Assembly (NCBI GenBank): GCA_963801615.1 | Contig: CAWDFM010000004.1 | Coordinates: forward strand, 58,167 to 122,166 | DNA from: an uncultured Acidobacteriota bacterium | GTDB lineage: Bacteria > Acidobacteriota > Terriglobia > Terriglobales > Acidobacteriaceae | Direction of reading: 5' to 3' | DNA length: 64,000 nucleotides | Part shown: positions 38,960 to 48,155 of the stretch, in pieces | Position numbering within the stretch: position 1 is the first letter of the stretch | Layout of the letters: each line of letters opens with the position of its first letter | The notes under the pieces: model-generated | Told to the model about the DNA's origin: nothing | Databases searched by the model: none | What the model saw: only the letters and a program-made list of their open reading frames with translations | Position numbers and translations under genes: made by a program

Positions 38960-39133
38960 TTACTTGCAGGCCTTCCCGCGGCACAAGGGCATCGGGTCGC
39001 TACCGTCAGCCACTAGTACGATTTGTTCTGCTCCCAGGCGAGGCTTAACGGCCCGGTCAGCGCTTTGTGAGATTCCGCAATAAATACCGGCCAAGGCCAA
39101 CACCATCAGCAACATCTCGACTCTTTTCTTCAT
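38960..39133 (-). CDS. 57-aa secreted/anchored small protein
   Basis: Manual translation: MKKRVEMLLMVLALAGIYCGISQSADRAVKPRLGAEQIVLVADGSDPMPLCRGKACK. aggaga RBS upstream. Confidence 0.35.
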   Translation of the reverse strand: MKKRVEMLLMVLALAGIYCGISQSADRAVKPRLGAEQIVLVADGSDPMPLCRGKACK

Positions 39134-39825
39134 GGGGGAGTTCTCCTGGCGCAGAGTTCACGCCGGGCGAAGTATATGCCTCCCCGAGGCACGTATGCGC
39201 CCGGGAGCTGTGGATAACTTCTGATTTCTCGAACAGCTTCAGGAAAGGGCGACGCCGAGATGAGAAAGTGCACGCCTATTTTGCTCGCGCGCGTGCGGGA
39301 ACTCGTAAATGGAGGATCTTCGGGGCGACGGCCGGGCACATTGTGGCTATGTCCGGGAGGTAGAGCACGAACAACCTCGCCTCTGCAGACCACTTCACCC
39401 GTCGACAAGCCTGTGATTTCCGGTGGCAGCACGAGATTAATTTCAAGCTGCTACGGCCGCAGCACCGTCCGCTGTTTCGAGCACTGTGTAACCTCGGTTC
39501 TGCAGGTAGTGGCGAGACAGGTACATACACCTTCCAGACGAGCATTGGTTTGTGATTCAGCTCACACCCACTGGTGATCAACTGCAAAAGAAAGCTCTTC
39601 ATTCACTGGCTTTCGAATCCTGTGCACAGCACAATTCTATTTTCCATTCGGCAGCTTACCAAGAATACTGAAGACGCTGATCGACGAACCAAACTCGGCT
39701 AAATCTCGCGAAAACATACACATGGAATCGGCAGGTATTTTTCTCCGCATCCTGATGCAGGGCAGAGTTCGCCGAGCGCCGTTATGGTGCTCTCCCGGAA
39801 CAGCTATTCGCACCACTTTTGAAAT

Positions 39826-39856
39826 AGTGATTGAAATCACATTCAAGTGTGATTTC
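39826..39856. promoter_or_regulatory. two overlapping palindromes, one CRP/FNR-type (aGTGA-N6-TCACa)
   Basis: aGTGAttgaaaTCACa at 39826..39841 overlaps gaaatcaca-ttcaag-tgtgatttc at 39833..39856. They lie about 105 to 135 nt upstream of the Cyc2-like gene. Confidence 0.4.
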
Positions 39857-39961
39857 TGACCCGGCGCAGCGTCCACCAGGACCTGCTAGTATCGCTTTCA
39901 CCTTGGGAACTGGACTAGAGGCCAATATACCTCTCGAAATCATGGTCAGGAGACGATTTAC

Positions 39962-41317
39962 ATGAGGAAACTGGGGATATTCCTGCTTACGGTCATTCCG
40001 GTTGTGATTCTGTTGTCGGTGGCGGCTCTGAACCCGCCGAAGGTGGAGGCGGTTCCGAGTTATGCGCGGCAAACCGGATTAGCTTGCAGTGGCTGCCATT
40101 ACACTCCTCCGGAGCTAAATCCGGCGGGACGCAGATTCAAGTTGTTGGGATATGTAGACAAAGCGGATGAGACGAAGGTGGTGAAAGCCGATCCGGGGAA
40201 AAAGCGAGCGCCGCTCGATCTGCTGTCCTCATTACCCCTTTCCGCCTGGCTGGAGACTTCGTTCACTTCCACGAAATCAACCGTGCCCGGAACACAGAAT
40301 GGCAGCATTGAAATTCCCCAAGATGTATCCTTATTCATCTCCGGCGCCTGGACCACTCACGTGGGCAGTTTCATGCAAATGACTTACGACACGCAGGACG
40401 ATCACTTCAGTATGGATAACACAGACGTCCGCTACGCGAATAAGACCACGGTTGGGGGTAAGGAACTCGTATTCGGTCTGAACCTCAACAACAATCCCAC
40501 CATAGAAGATCTTTGGAATAGCACACCGGGATGGGGTTATCCGTTCGTGGCCGATGATTTTGCTCCGACTCCCACGGCTGCGCCCATCGTTGCCAGTTTG
40601 GGCCAGGATGTCGCGGGTTTCGGTGGCTATGCCATGTGGAACAACCACTTGTATGCCGACGCGACGTTCTACCGGTCCGCACACGTCGGAGGAACTCAGC
40701 CGACGGACGGAGTCGATTTTGGCTACAACATCCGCGGCCTGGCTCCGTACTGGCGAGTGGCATGGCAGCAGTTGACGGGAAAGACGCAGTACGAGTTCGG
40801 CACTTACGGCATGCACATGCGTTCCAGCCCGGGGGCCATTACCGGCCTGGAAGATAACTACACCGACTGGGCGATCGACACTCAGATCGATCGGACCTTG
40901 TTCAGAACCGACGTGCTTTCGCTGCGTGGCTCGTACATCCGCGAAAATTCGAATCTCGTCGCCAGCACCGCCTTGGGTGCGGCATCGGCGGGCAGTCATC
41001 ATTTGAATACTCTTTTCGCCAACGCCGAATACCATTTTGGCAATCGCGCGTCGGGCGCTTTGGGTTGGTTCGACACGAGCGGCACGGTTGACCCCCTCCT
41101 CTTTACTCAGGCGGCGGTGAGCGGAAGCGCCAATGGGGATCCGAGGGGCTCGGGTTACATCGCGAACTTCTCGTACTGGCCGTGGCAGAACCTGCAACTC
41201 TCGGCGCAGTACACCGGATACACCCGCTTCAATGGCGGCAGCACGAACTACGATGCCGCCGGCCGCAATGCAAGCGGGAACAACACCGTCTACCTGGTAG
41301 CAAGATTCATTTTCTGA
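39962..41317 (+). CDS. fused monoheme cytochrome c / outer-membrane beta-barrel protein (Cyc2-like architecture)
   Basis: Signal/anchor, then PSYARQTGLACSGCH with a single CxxCH at 40084..40098. This is followed by about 400 aa of an alternating beta-strand-like sequence ending ...VYLVARFIF (C-terminal aromatic residue). Confidence 0.75.
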   Translation: MRKLGIFLLTVIPVVILLSVAALNPPKVEAVPSYARQTGLACSGCHYTPPELNPAGRRFKLLGYVDKADETKVVKADPGKKRAPLDLLSSLPLSAWLETSFTSTKSTVPGTQNGSIEIPQDVSLFISGAWTTHVGSFMQMTYDTQDDHFSMDNTDVRYANKTTVGGKELVFGLNLNNNPTIEDLWNSTPGWGYPFVADDFAPTPTAAPIVASLGQDVAGFGGYAMWNNHLYADATFYRSAHVGGTQPTDGVDFGYNIRGLAPYWRVAWQQLTGKTQYEFGTYGMHMRSSPGAITGLEDNYTDWAIDTQIDRTLFRTDVLSLRGSYIRENSNLVASTALGAASAGSHHLNTLFANAEYHFGNRASGALGWFDTSGTVDPLLFTQAAVSGSANGDPRGSGYIANFSYWPWQNLQLSAQYTGYTRFNGGSTNYDAAGRNASGNNTVYLVARFIF

Positions 41318-41365
41318 TGCAGACACAGATATTCCACTAGGCAAATGCAAAAGGAGAACAAGGCC

Positions 41366-41947
41366 ATGAGATGCAAAGGATTCGTACTGATGCTGGTGGT
41401 GAGTGCGTTGGGCGTGGCAGCTTCGGCGGGCGATATCGAGGGTAAGGTCAGCGGCATGAAAGGGAAGTCGGTAGTTTATGTCGATGCCATTGCAGGCAAG
41501 ACATTTCCCGCTCCCAAGGATCATCCAGTGATGGATCAAAAGGGACTGATGTTTGTCCCGCACATTATGCCGGTTCAGCAGGGGACCACGGTGGAGTTCC
41601 TGAACAGCGACACGGTACAGCATAACGTGTTCTGGACCGCGATCGGCTCAGATAAGAAGGCCGGACACAATCTTGGAACGTGGCCGAAGGGCGAGAAGCG
41701 CCCCTACACGTTCGACAAGCCTGGTGTCGTGCCGGTGCTCTGCAATGTTCATCCGGAGATGGCGGGATACGTCGTTGTCAGCCCTACCCCGTACTTCGCC
41801 GAAACGGATGACAGCGGAAGCTACAAGATCAAAGACGTTCCCGACGGCAGCTACACGGTCACAGTTTTTCATGAAGGTGCGAAGAACCAATCCAAGCCCG
41901 TGACGGTTGCTGGCGGCGGCAAGGCGGATTTCACCCTGACCAAGTAA
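41366..41947 (+). CDS. periplasmic type-1 copper protein (amicyanin-type cupredoxin) with C-terminal CarboxypepD_reg-like domain
   Basis: Signal peptide MRCKGFVLMLVVSALGVAASAG. Ligands are QHNV (His) and C-N-V-H-P-E-M (C-x2-H-x2-M). C-terminal DDSGSYKIKDVPDGSYTVTV. aaggag RBS. Confidence 0.8.
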   Translation: MRCKGFVLMLVVSALGVAASAGDIEGKVSGMKGKSVVYVDAIAGKTFPAPKDHPVMDQKGLMFVPHIMPVQQGTTVEFLNSDTVQHNVFWTAIGSDKKAGHNLGTWPKGEKRPYTFDKPGVVPVLCNVHPEMAGYVVVSPTPYFAETDDSGSYKIKDVPDGSYTVTVFHEGAKNQSKPVTVAGGGKADFTLTK

Positions 41948-41957
41948 GTAGAACAGG

Positions 41958-41996
41958 TGCGGGGAGTGTGACCGCCGCTCCCCGCATTTGGTTTTA
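41958..41996 (+). terminator. intrinsic terminator/attenuator-like hairpin inside the cluster
   Basis: 9-bp stem tgcggggag/ctccccgca, 11-nt loop, followed by tttggtttta. Confidence 0.5.
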
Positions 41997-42043
41997 CGCA
42001 TTTTGGGACGTGTCGACGTGCAGGCAAAGGGACAGAAACCGCG

Positions 42044-43999
42044 ATGCTGAAGCGCTTCAAGAACAAGAAGGTCGACGCCGATTGGCTGCACACGAATTTC
42101 CCCTGCATGATGGCCTGTCCGGCGCACACCAATGCCGGGCGCTATGTAGGCCTGATTGCCGAGGGACGGTTCGAAGAAGCCTACCGGCTGGCGCGTGATC
42201 CGAATCCGCTGGCCAGCATTTGCGGGAGAGTCTGTGCGCATCCTTGCGAAACGGCGTGCAGGCGCGGCGAGATCGACCGGCCAATTTCCATTCGCGCCCT
42301 GAAGAGGTTTCTCACCGAGCAGTACGGGCCCGAATCGAAACGCCCTCTCAACATCAACGAAGGGCGCGCTCAGAAAAAACTTCCTTACAAAGTAGCGGTA
42401 GTCGGCGGCGGGCCAGTAGGGCTCTCCGCAGCCCATGATCTGGCGCTCATGGGATATGCGGTCACTATTTTCGAAGCTGCGCCCGTCGCGGGGGGAATGC
42501 TGTACCTGGGCATTCCGGAATACCGTTTACCCCGCGACGTGGTCGAAGCGCAGGTGCGAGAGATCCTCGAAACTGGAGACATCACCCTCAAGTTGAACCA
42601 GGCGGCCGGACGCGACTTCAAGATTTCTGATCTGCGGCAGCAAGGGTTCGATGCGCTGCTGGTCGCCGTTGGTGCGCACCGCAGCCGGGACTTGAGCATC
42701 CCGGGCGTCGATCTCGATGGCGTTCACAAGGGGATCGATTTTCTTCTGAACGTAAATCTTGGCTACAAGTTCACGATCGGTAAGAAGGTGATTGTGATTG
42801 GCGGCGGCAATGTCGCCATGGATGTGGCTCGTTCGGCAGCGCGCGAAGTTGTGAAACAGCATGCGGGCGGAGTCGAAGACGTCGAGCCCTCGGCCGAGAA
42901 TGTCTCCGCCGTTGCCACAAAGGAAATGGTCGATATCTCTCTGTCCGCATTGCGCATGGGCGCGCAAGAAGTCAACCTCGTCTGCCTGGAGCGGCGCTAT
43001 GAGATGCCGGCGGCTTTGGAAGAGATTGAAGAGGCCGAGGAAGAGGGCATTCGAATTCATCCCGGCTTCGGGCCCAAGCGGGTTGTCGGAAAAGACGGGA
43101 AGGTAGCGGCTCTCGAGGTGCTCAAGACCAAGTGGGTCTTTGATCAGAACGGTCGCTTCAATCCTGCGTTCTACGAGAACAGCGAGAGCCAGATCGAGTG
43201 CGACACCATCATCATGGCGATCGGGCAGGCGCCCCGGCTCGACTTTCTAACTCCGGAAGATAAGGTTGAGATTTCGCCTCGCGGCCTGATTGCGGTGAAC
43301 CCGCAGACGCTGATGACTTCCGCAGCGGGAATTTTTGCCGGAGGCGATTGCGTGTTTGGACCGCGGTTGATTATCGACAGCGTCGGTGACGGGAAGCGCG
43401 CAGCCGTTGGGATTGATGAATTCCTGCGGGGCGGAAAGCACCCTGAGCCGATCATTGAGGTCGAAATTCTCAAGCGGCATGCCATGCCGTTGGGCTATTT
43501 AGATATCGATCGGCAGCCCGTACCCATGCTTCCTCTCGAACGGCGCACGGGCGTGACCGAGGTTGAGATCGGTTACAACGCAACCTCGGCCATGGTCGAG
43601 GCCCAGCGCTGCCTGCACTGCTGGACGAACACAATCTTCGAAGGCACTCCGGAAGACGGAAGCATGTGCATCCTCTGCGGCGGCTGCGTCGATGTTTGTC
43701 CAGAGAATTGCCTGGAACTGGTGTCGCTTGATCGCATCGGCTTCGAACCGGAAGCGGTGCAGCACATTCGTGAGAACCAGGAATGTTTTGGAGTGGAGTT
43801 CGACGAAGTGGCGGCTGATGAACTTGGAGTAGTGATGGGGGCAGCCATGTTGAAGGACGAAACTCGGTGTATCCGTTGTGGCCTATGCGCCATGCGGTGT
43901 CCGGTGGGGACGATCACGATGGAATCGTACAACCTGGTTCCGGCGGAGCCGACGGGATTGATCTCAGTGGCCGCAATTGGGGCCGGATTGCAGAGGTAG
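42044..43999 (+). CDS. GltD-like FAD/NAD(P)-binding oxidoreductase with N-terminal FeS region and C-terminal 2x[4Fe-4S] ferredoxin domain
   Basis: CMMACPAH...CGRVCAHPCETAC, then the dinucleotide motifs VAVVGGGPVGLSAAHDL and VIVIGGGNVAMD. C-terminal CILCGGCVDVCP and CIRCGLCAMRCP. Confidence 0.85.
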   Translation: MLKRFKNKKVDADWLHTNFPCMMACPAHTNAGRYVGLIAEGRFEEAYRLARDPNPLASICGRVCAHPCETACRRGEIDRPISIRALKRFLTEQYGPESKRPLNINEGRAQKKLPYKVAVVGGGPVGLSAAHDLALMGYAVTIFEAAPVAGGMLYLGIPEYRLPRDVVEAQVREILETGDITLKLNQAAGRDFKISDLRQQGFDALLVAVGAHRSRDLSIPGVDLDGVHKGIDFLLNVNLGYKFTIGKKVIVIGGGNVAMDVARSAAREVVKQHAGGVEDVEPSAENVSAVATKEMVDISLSALRMGAQEVNLVCLERRYEMPAALEEIEEAEEEGIRIHPGFGPKRVVGKDGKVAALEVLKTKWVFDQNGRFNPAFYENSESQIECDTIIMAIGQAPRLDFLTPEDKVEISPRGLIAVNPQTLMTSAAGIFAGGDCVFGPRLIIDSVGDGKRAAVGIDEFLRGGKHPEPIIEVEILKRHAMPLGYLDIDRQPVPMLPLERRTGVTEVEIGYNATSAMVEAQRCLHCWTNTIFEGTPEDGSMCILCGGCVDVCPENCLELVSLDRIGFEPEAVQHIRENQECFGVEFDEVAADELGVVMGAAMLKDETRCIRCGLCAMRCPVGTITMESYNLVPAEPTGLISVAAIGAGLQR

Positions 44000-44011
44000 C
44001 TCGGGGCACTT

Positions 44012-44503
44012 ATGGAAGAAGAGAAGAAAGTGGAGTTGGAGAGTGATCTAAATCGGCGGCAGTTTTTCCTGAAGATGGGCCTGGGCTCGCTCACTATTGC
44101 GGCTGCGGGAACCGCAGCATTTGCGTATCAATATTTGGAACCCAACGTGTTATTCGAGCCCTCTCCGGTTGTGAATGCCGGGAAGCCTGATCGATATCCG
44201 CTCGATTCCGTGACCCTGGATGTGAATTCCGGGATTTACATCATTCACACGCAAGAGGGCTATTTCTCTCTCAGCGCGGTGTGCACGCACCTGGGATGTC
44301 TCACGGCATGGAAGCCGGAACTCAACATGATTGCCTGTCCGTGTCATGGCAGCAAGTTCGCGCAGAGCGGGAAGAAGATTGAAGGCCCGGCTCCTAAGCC
44401 GCTTCCGTGGAAGCGGATCTGGCTCAATGACGATGGCGACCTGCTGGTGGATCGTTCGACCGATGTCCCGCCGCTGGCGCGGGATTCCTTTGTGAGGGTC
44501 TGA
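44012..44503 (+). CDS. Rieske [2Fe-2S] subunit, Tat-exported
   Basis: [10 protein letters not shown] Tat motif. Cluster boxes CTHLGC and CPCHGS. Confidence 0.9.
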   Translation: MEEEKKVELESDLNRRQFFLKMGLGSLTIAAAGTAAFAYQYLEPNVLFEPSPVVNAGKPDRYPLDSVTLDVNSGIYIIHTQEGYFSLSAVCTHLGCLTAWKPELNMIACPCHGSKFAQSGKKIEGPAPKPLPWKRIWLNDDGDLLVDRSTDVPPLARDSFVRV

Positions 44504-44504
44504 A

Positions 44505-45347
44505 ATGGCGAAAACGGTAGACCAGTATTTTGACGGCTTGCGCGAGACGCGTGTTTGGCGGTCCATTTTCCGCAGCGGGACGGGGTCGAGCACGCTGAAG
44601 CGGGCGCTGGCCATTCAGCAAAACGTGTTCCTGCACCTGTTCTCGACCAAAGTGCGCACGCGCATGTTGAGCTTCAGCGCCACCTGGTATCTAGGGACAC
44701 TGACGCTCGGCACATTTCTGATTCTGGTTGCGACCGGTATTCCCCTGATGCTTTATTACCATCCCTCGGCGCCGCAGGCGTACGCGGACACGAAAGATCT
44801 TCAGTTCGTGGTTTCTTCCGGATTATTTCTGCGCAACCTTCACCGCTGGTCTGCGCACGCGATGGTGTTTCTCGTCTTCGCGCACATGTTCAAAGTGTTT
44901 TATCGCGGCGCCTATCGCCCTCCGAGGGAATTCAACTGGGTGATCGGCATTGTTCTTCTCCTTATCACTCTGCTGCTCAGCTACACCGGATATCTGCTGC
45001 CGTGGGATCAATTAGCGTATTGGGCCATCACGGTGGGATCGAACATCGCATCCGCGGTTCCGGTAATCGGAGACAAGATTCACTTCCTTCTGCTCGGCGG
45101 GAACGCCGTCAATGCAAATGCACTGCTTCGGTTCTACGTGCTGCACTGCATGATTCTGCCGCTGGTAGCGATGTTCTTTGTCGCGATTCATTTCTGGCGC
45201 ATTCGCAAAGATGGCGGACTTTACGCTCATTCCAGTGAGCCTGCGGTTCTGCGAGGAAAGGCCAACAACACTGGGAGCGAGATTCCCACTTCTCGCAAAG
45301 GCAGCGAGAAGTGGGGCACCCAGGCGGAAGCCACGGAGGCGAAATAG
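44505..45347 (+). CDS. cytochrome b, N-terminal four-helix part (b6-like)
   Basis: Helix B has [18 protein letters not shown] (His pair 14 positions apart). Helix D has [18 protein letters not shown] (His pair 15 positions apart). [10 protein letters not shown] motif present. Confidence 0.9.
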   Translation: MAKTVDQYFDGLRETRVWRSIFRSGTGSSTLKRALAIQQNVFLHLFSTKVRTRMLSFSATWYLGTLTLGTFLILVATGIPLMLYYHPSAPQAYADTKDLQFVVSSGLFLRNLHRWSAHAMVFLVFAHMFKVFYRGAYRPPREFNWVIGIVLLLITLLLSYTGYLLPWDQLAYWAITVGSNIASAVPVIGDKIHFLLLGGNAVNANALLRFYVLHCMILPLVAMFFVAIHFWRIRKDGGLYAHSSEPAVLRGKANNTGSEIPTSRKGSEKWGTQAEATEAK

Positions 45348-45349
45348 CT

Positions 45350-46057
45350 ATGGCCGAAAGCAAAGACTTCATCGCCGGCGTGGATTCGAATGCCAAGAAG
45401 TCTCCGCGCCGCATTGTGTTCATCACACGGCGTACTTCTGCGCAGGTGAAGGTAGAGACGGAAGATCAGGTGCAAACCTTCCCAGAGGTCTTGTTTCGCG
45501 CGGCCGTTGCGATTCAGTTGCTGGCTATCGTCCTGGTGTGGACCGCGCTGCTGTTCAATGCGCCTCTGGAAGGACTGGCCGATCCCTCGCACACTCCGAA
45601 TCCCGCGAAGGCACCGTGGTACTTTCTGGGGCTGCAGGAGATGCTGCATTATTTCCCGCCAGTGGTCGCGGGGGTCCTGGTCCCCGGCTTAGTCGTGATG
45701 GCGCTGATCGTCATTCCATATTTCAAGGTCAACATCGAGGCTGACGGATTCTTTCTGAGGGACCGGCAGAAGCGGCTGATGATCTTCTACGCGGTGACTG
45801 CGTTACTCGTCATTTTCCTCGGGTTGTTCCACGTGCTCGTGGGATTGATACCGACGCTGATCATGGCCGGGTTGATGCTACTGGCTGCGCAGAGTTCTCC
45901 CCAGTCTCCATCCGCGTTCCGGCGGTATCTAGCAGAACGGCCGCTTTCCTATTGGGTGATGACCTGGTTCTTATTCGAACTGGTGGTGCTTACGGCCATC
46001 GGTACGTTCTTCCGCGGTCCAGGGTGGTCGTTTATCTGGCCGTGGCAAGGTTCATAA
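45350..46057 (+). CDS. cytochrome b C-terminal part (subunit IV-like)
   Basis: NPAKAPWYFLGLQEMLHYFPP (PEWY-equivalent region) plus additional TM helices. Confidence 0.8.
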   Translation: MAESKDFIAGVDSNAKKSPRRIVFITRRTSAQVKVETEDQVQTFPEVLFRAAVAIQLLAIVLVWTALLFNAPLEGLADPSHTPNPAKAPWYFLGLQEMLHYFPPVVAGVLVPGLVVMALIVIPYFKVNIEADGFFLRDRQKRLMIFYAVTALLVIFLGLFHVLVGLIPTLIMAGLMLLAAQSSPQSPSAFRRYLAERPLSYWVMTWFLFELVVLTAIGTFFRGPGWSFIWPWQGS

Positions 46058-46070
46058 GGGTGCGGCGATC

Positions 46071-48155
46071 ATGAAACGAAAAATTACGTCGCTGTGGCAG
46101 AAGTTGTTTGGAGACAGCGTGCGGGCGTTTGGCGTCGTCAGCCTGATTTTCCTGGCGTCCATGGCGGTGGCCCCCTCCAAGAATTTCTTCAGCGAGTGGA
46201 GACATTATCAGCGGGGTTATCTGAGGATGATTCGCAATCGCAGCGAAGCCAACACGCTGCGGCGGCATTTCCAGGGTGGGATCCAGCAGATCTGGCTGCC
46301 CGAGTTGGGCGAGGTGGATCGTTGCACGAGCTGCCACGTGGGATTGAAAGAAGGCGCGCTGGCCGATGTCGCCACTCAGCCCTACCGCCCACATCCTGCC
46401 ATTCCACACAAAGGGGAGCAGTTCGGATGCACCGTCTGTCATCGGGGACAAGGCGCGGCCACCACGGTGGAAGAGGCACACAACAGCACGCTGGCCTGGG
46501 AGCAGCCAATTCTGCCCGCGAAATACATCGAGTCTTCCTGCGGTGAGTGCCATCGCGGCCCATTGCCGGGCACCCCTCAACTAAATCAGGGCCGAAATCT
46601 GCTGTCTCGGGAAGGATGCGTACACTGCCACACCGTCAAGCTGCCCGACGGCAGCACGATGAAAGCCACGGATAATCCCCCGTCGCTCTCGCATGTTGCC
46701 GATAAGACTACGCGCGAATGGATTTTTGCCTGGCTGAAGGATCCGCAGTCTTATGCCTCGACAGCCACGATGCCGAACTTCAAGCTAAAGGACGAGGACG
46801 CGCGAGATATCTCTGCATTCCTCATCGCGAACAGCACCCCAGTGCAGGGGGACGCCCTTACGCTCGGGGCGAAAGCGTCGTCTGACCCGAGCGCTGGAGC
46901 AAGTCTCTATGGAGAATCTTTCTGCGCAACCTGTCATGCGGTGCAGAATGCCGCCGGCAACATGGTGGGTGGAGACGTTGGACCAGAGTTGACGCGCGTG
47001 GGCAGCAAAGTGAAGGCCGAGTGGGTGCAGGGCTGGCTGAAGAATCCGCGCGTCTACAATCCGGCCACCGCGATGTCGCATTACCGCTTCACGGATGCGC
47101 AGATTGCGACGCTATCTGGATTCCTGCTGGGCAAAGCGGATTCCGATCTCCTGGCAAATGTGCACCTCGAAGCGGCAACACCCGAGCAGATCACGCACGG
47201 CAAACGGCTGGTATCAGATTACGGCTGCGACGCATGCCATGAAATCGCGGGCATCAAGAAGCCGGAGAACTTTGCGCCGGAACTCAGCCGGATTGGCGGC
47301 AAGCCCGTTACGCAACTGATCTTCTTGCCCGGCATGCCGCACACGCTCCCAGATTACATCGCGGGCAAGATTAAACAGCCACGGGCGTTTGCTCCCGGGC
47401 TGAAGATGCCGCAATACACGTTCACTGCGGCACAGATTGACTCGCTTACAACCGCTCTGCTGTCGTTGAATGAACGCTCGTATACGCTGCCGCCGTCACT
47501 CGCGGTGGCGGCCAAGCCGGAATCCGATTACCAGCCGGCGGGCAAGCCCGGAAAGCTGATGACTGATCTGGCCTGTTTCAGCTGCCACCGCATCAACGGT
47601 CACGGGTCCGAGATGGCTCCCGACCTGACTTGGGAAGGCAGCTCGGTACAGCGGGAGTGGCTGGTGCAGTTCCTGAAAAATCCTGGGACGCTGCGTCCGG
47701 CGTTGATTCGCCGCATGCCGCGCTTCAACTTTACGGATGCCGAAATCAATGAGCTCACTGACTACATCATGACCGTGTATCAGAGTCCGGCCGTGGATCG
47801 CGATTCCATGCCTCTGAGCGGATATCCGCAGGGGCAAATCGAACTCGGCAAGCAACTGTTTTACGGCAAGTATGCGTGCCAGGGATGCCACATTGTCGAT
47901 AGCAAAACCGACAAGGGCTACATCGGACCCACGCTGTCGCATGTTGGGTCGCGGCTTACTGCGGCTTGGATCTATCAATGGCTGAAGAATCCGCAAGCCC
48001 TCCGGCCGGGAACGCTGGAGCCGAATCGCGCCATGAGCGACGAGGATGCGCGGGCGCTGACCGCGTTCTTGATTTCGCAAAAAGGGGAGAAGTTGCCCGG
48101 TGCCGCAAAGGCCGCGAGAAGCGGGGCCGCCAAGCCGGAGGTCGCAAAGAGATGA
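46071..48155 (+). CDS. membrane-anchored octaheme cytochrome c
   Basis: N-terminal TM helix. Eight CxxCH motifs counted by hand: CTSCH, CTVCH, CGECH, CVHCH, CATCH, CDACH, CFSCH, CQGCH. The last four sit in class-I-like repeats (W..WLKNP). Confidence 0.85.
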   Translation: MKRKITSLWQKLFGDSVRAFGVVSLIFLASMAVAPSKNFFSEWRHYQRGYLRMIRNRSEANTLRRHFQGGIQQIWLPELGEVDRCTSCHVGLKEGALADVATQPYRPHPAIPHKGEQFGCTVCHRGQGAATTVEEAHNSTLAWEQPILPAKYIESSCGECHRGPLPGTPQLNQGRNLLSREGCVHCHTVKLPDGSTMKATDNPPSLSHVADKTTREWIFAWLKDPQSYASTATMPNFKLKDEDARDISAFLIANSTPVQGDALTLGAKASSDPSAGASLYGESFCATCHAVQNAAGNMVGGDVGPELTRVGSKVKAEWVQGWLKNPRVYNPATAMSHYRFTDAQIATLSGFLLGKADSDLLANVHLEAATPEQITHGKRLVSDYGCDACHEIAGIKKPENFAPELSRIGGKPVTQLIFLPGMPHTLPDYIAGKIKQPRAFAPGLKMPQYTFTAAQIDSLTTALLSLNERSYTLPPSLAVAAKPESDYQPAGKPGKLMTDLACFSCHRINGHGSEMAPDLTWEGSSVQREWLVQFLKNPGTLRPALIRRMPRFNFTDAEINELTDYIMTVYQSPAVDRDSMPLSGYPQGQIELGKQLFYGKYACQGCHIVDSKTDKGYIGPTLSHVGSRLTAAWIYQWLKNPQALRPGTLEPNRAMSDEDARALTAFLISQKGEKLPGAAKAARSGAAKPEVAKR

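Noticed and set aside
40331-41623. Long antisense ORFs in the track: 40331..41623, 7117..8208, 11510..12487, 14797..15549, 34162..34926, 47496..48179, 57050..57862, 59157..60095, 62404..63069 and others.
   Set aside because: Each lies opposite a gene with clear family motifs. Their translations are Arg/Gly/Pro-rich low-information sequence, typical of shadow ORFs in GC-rich DNA.
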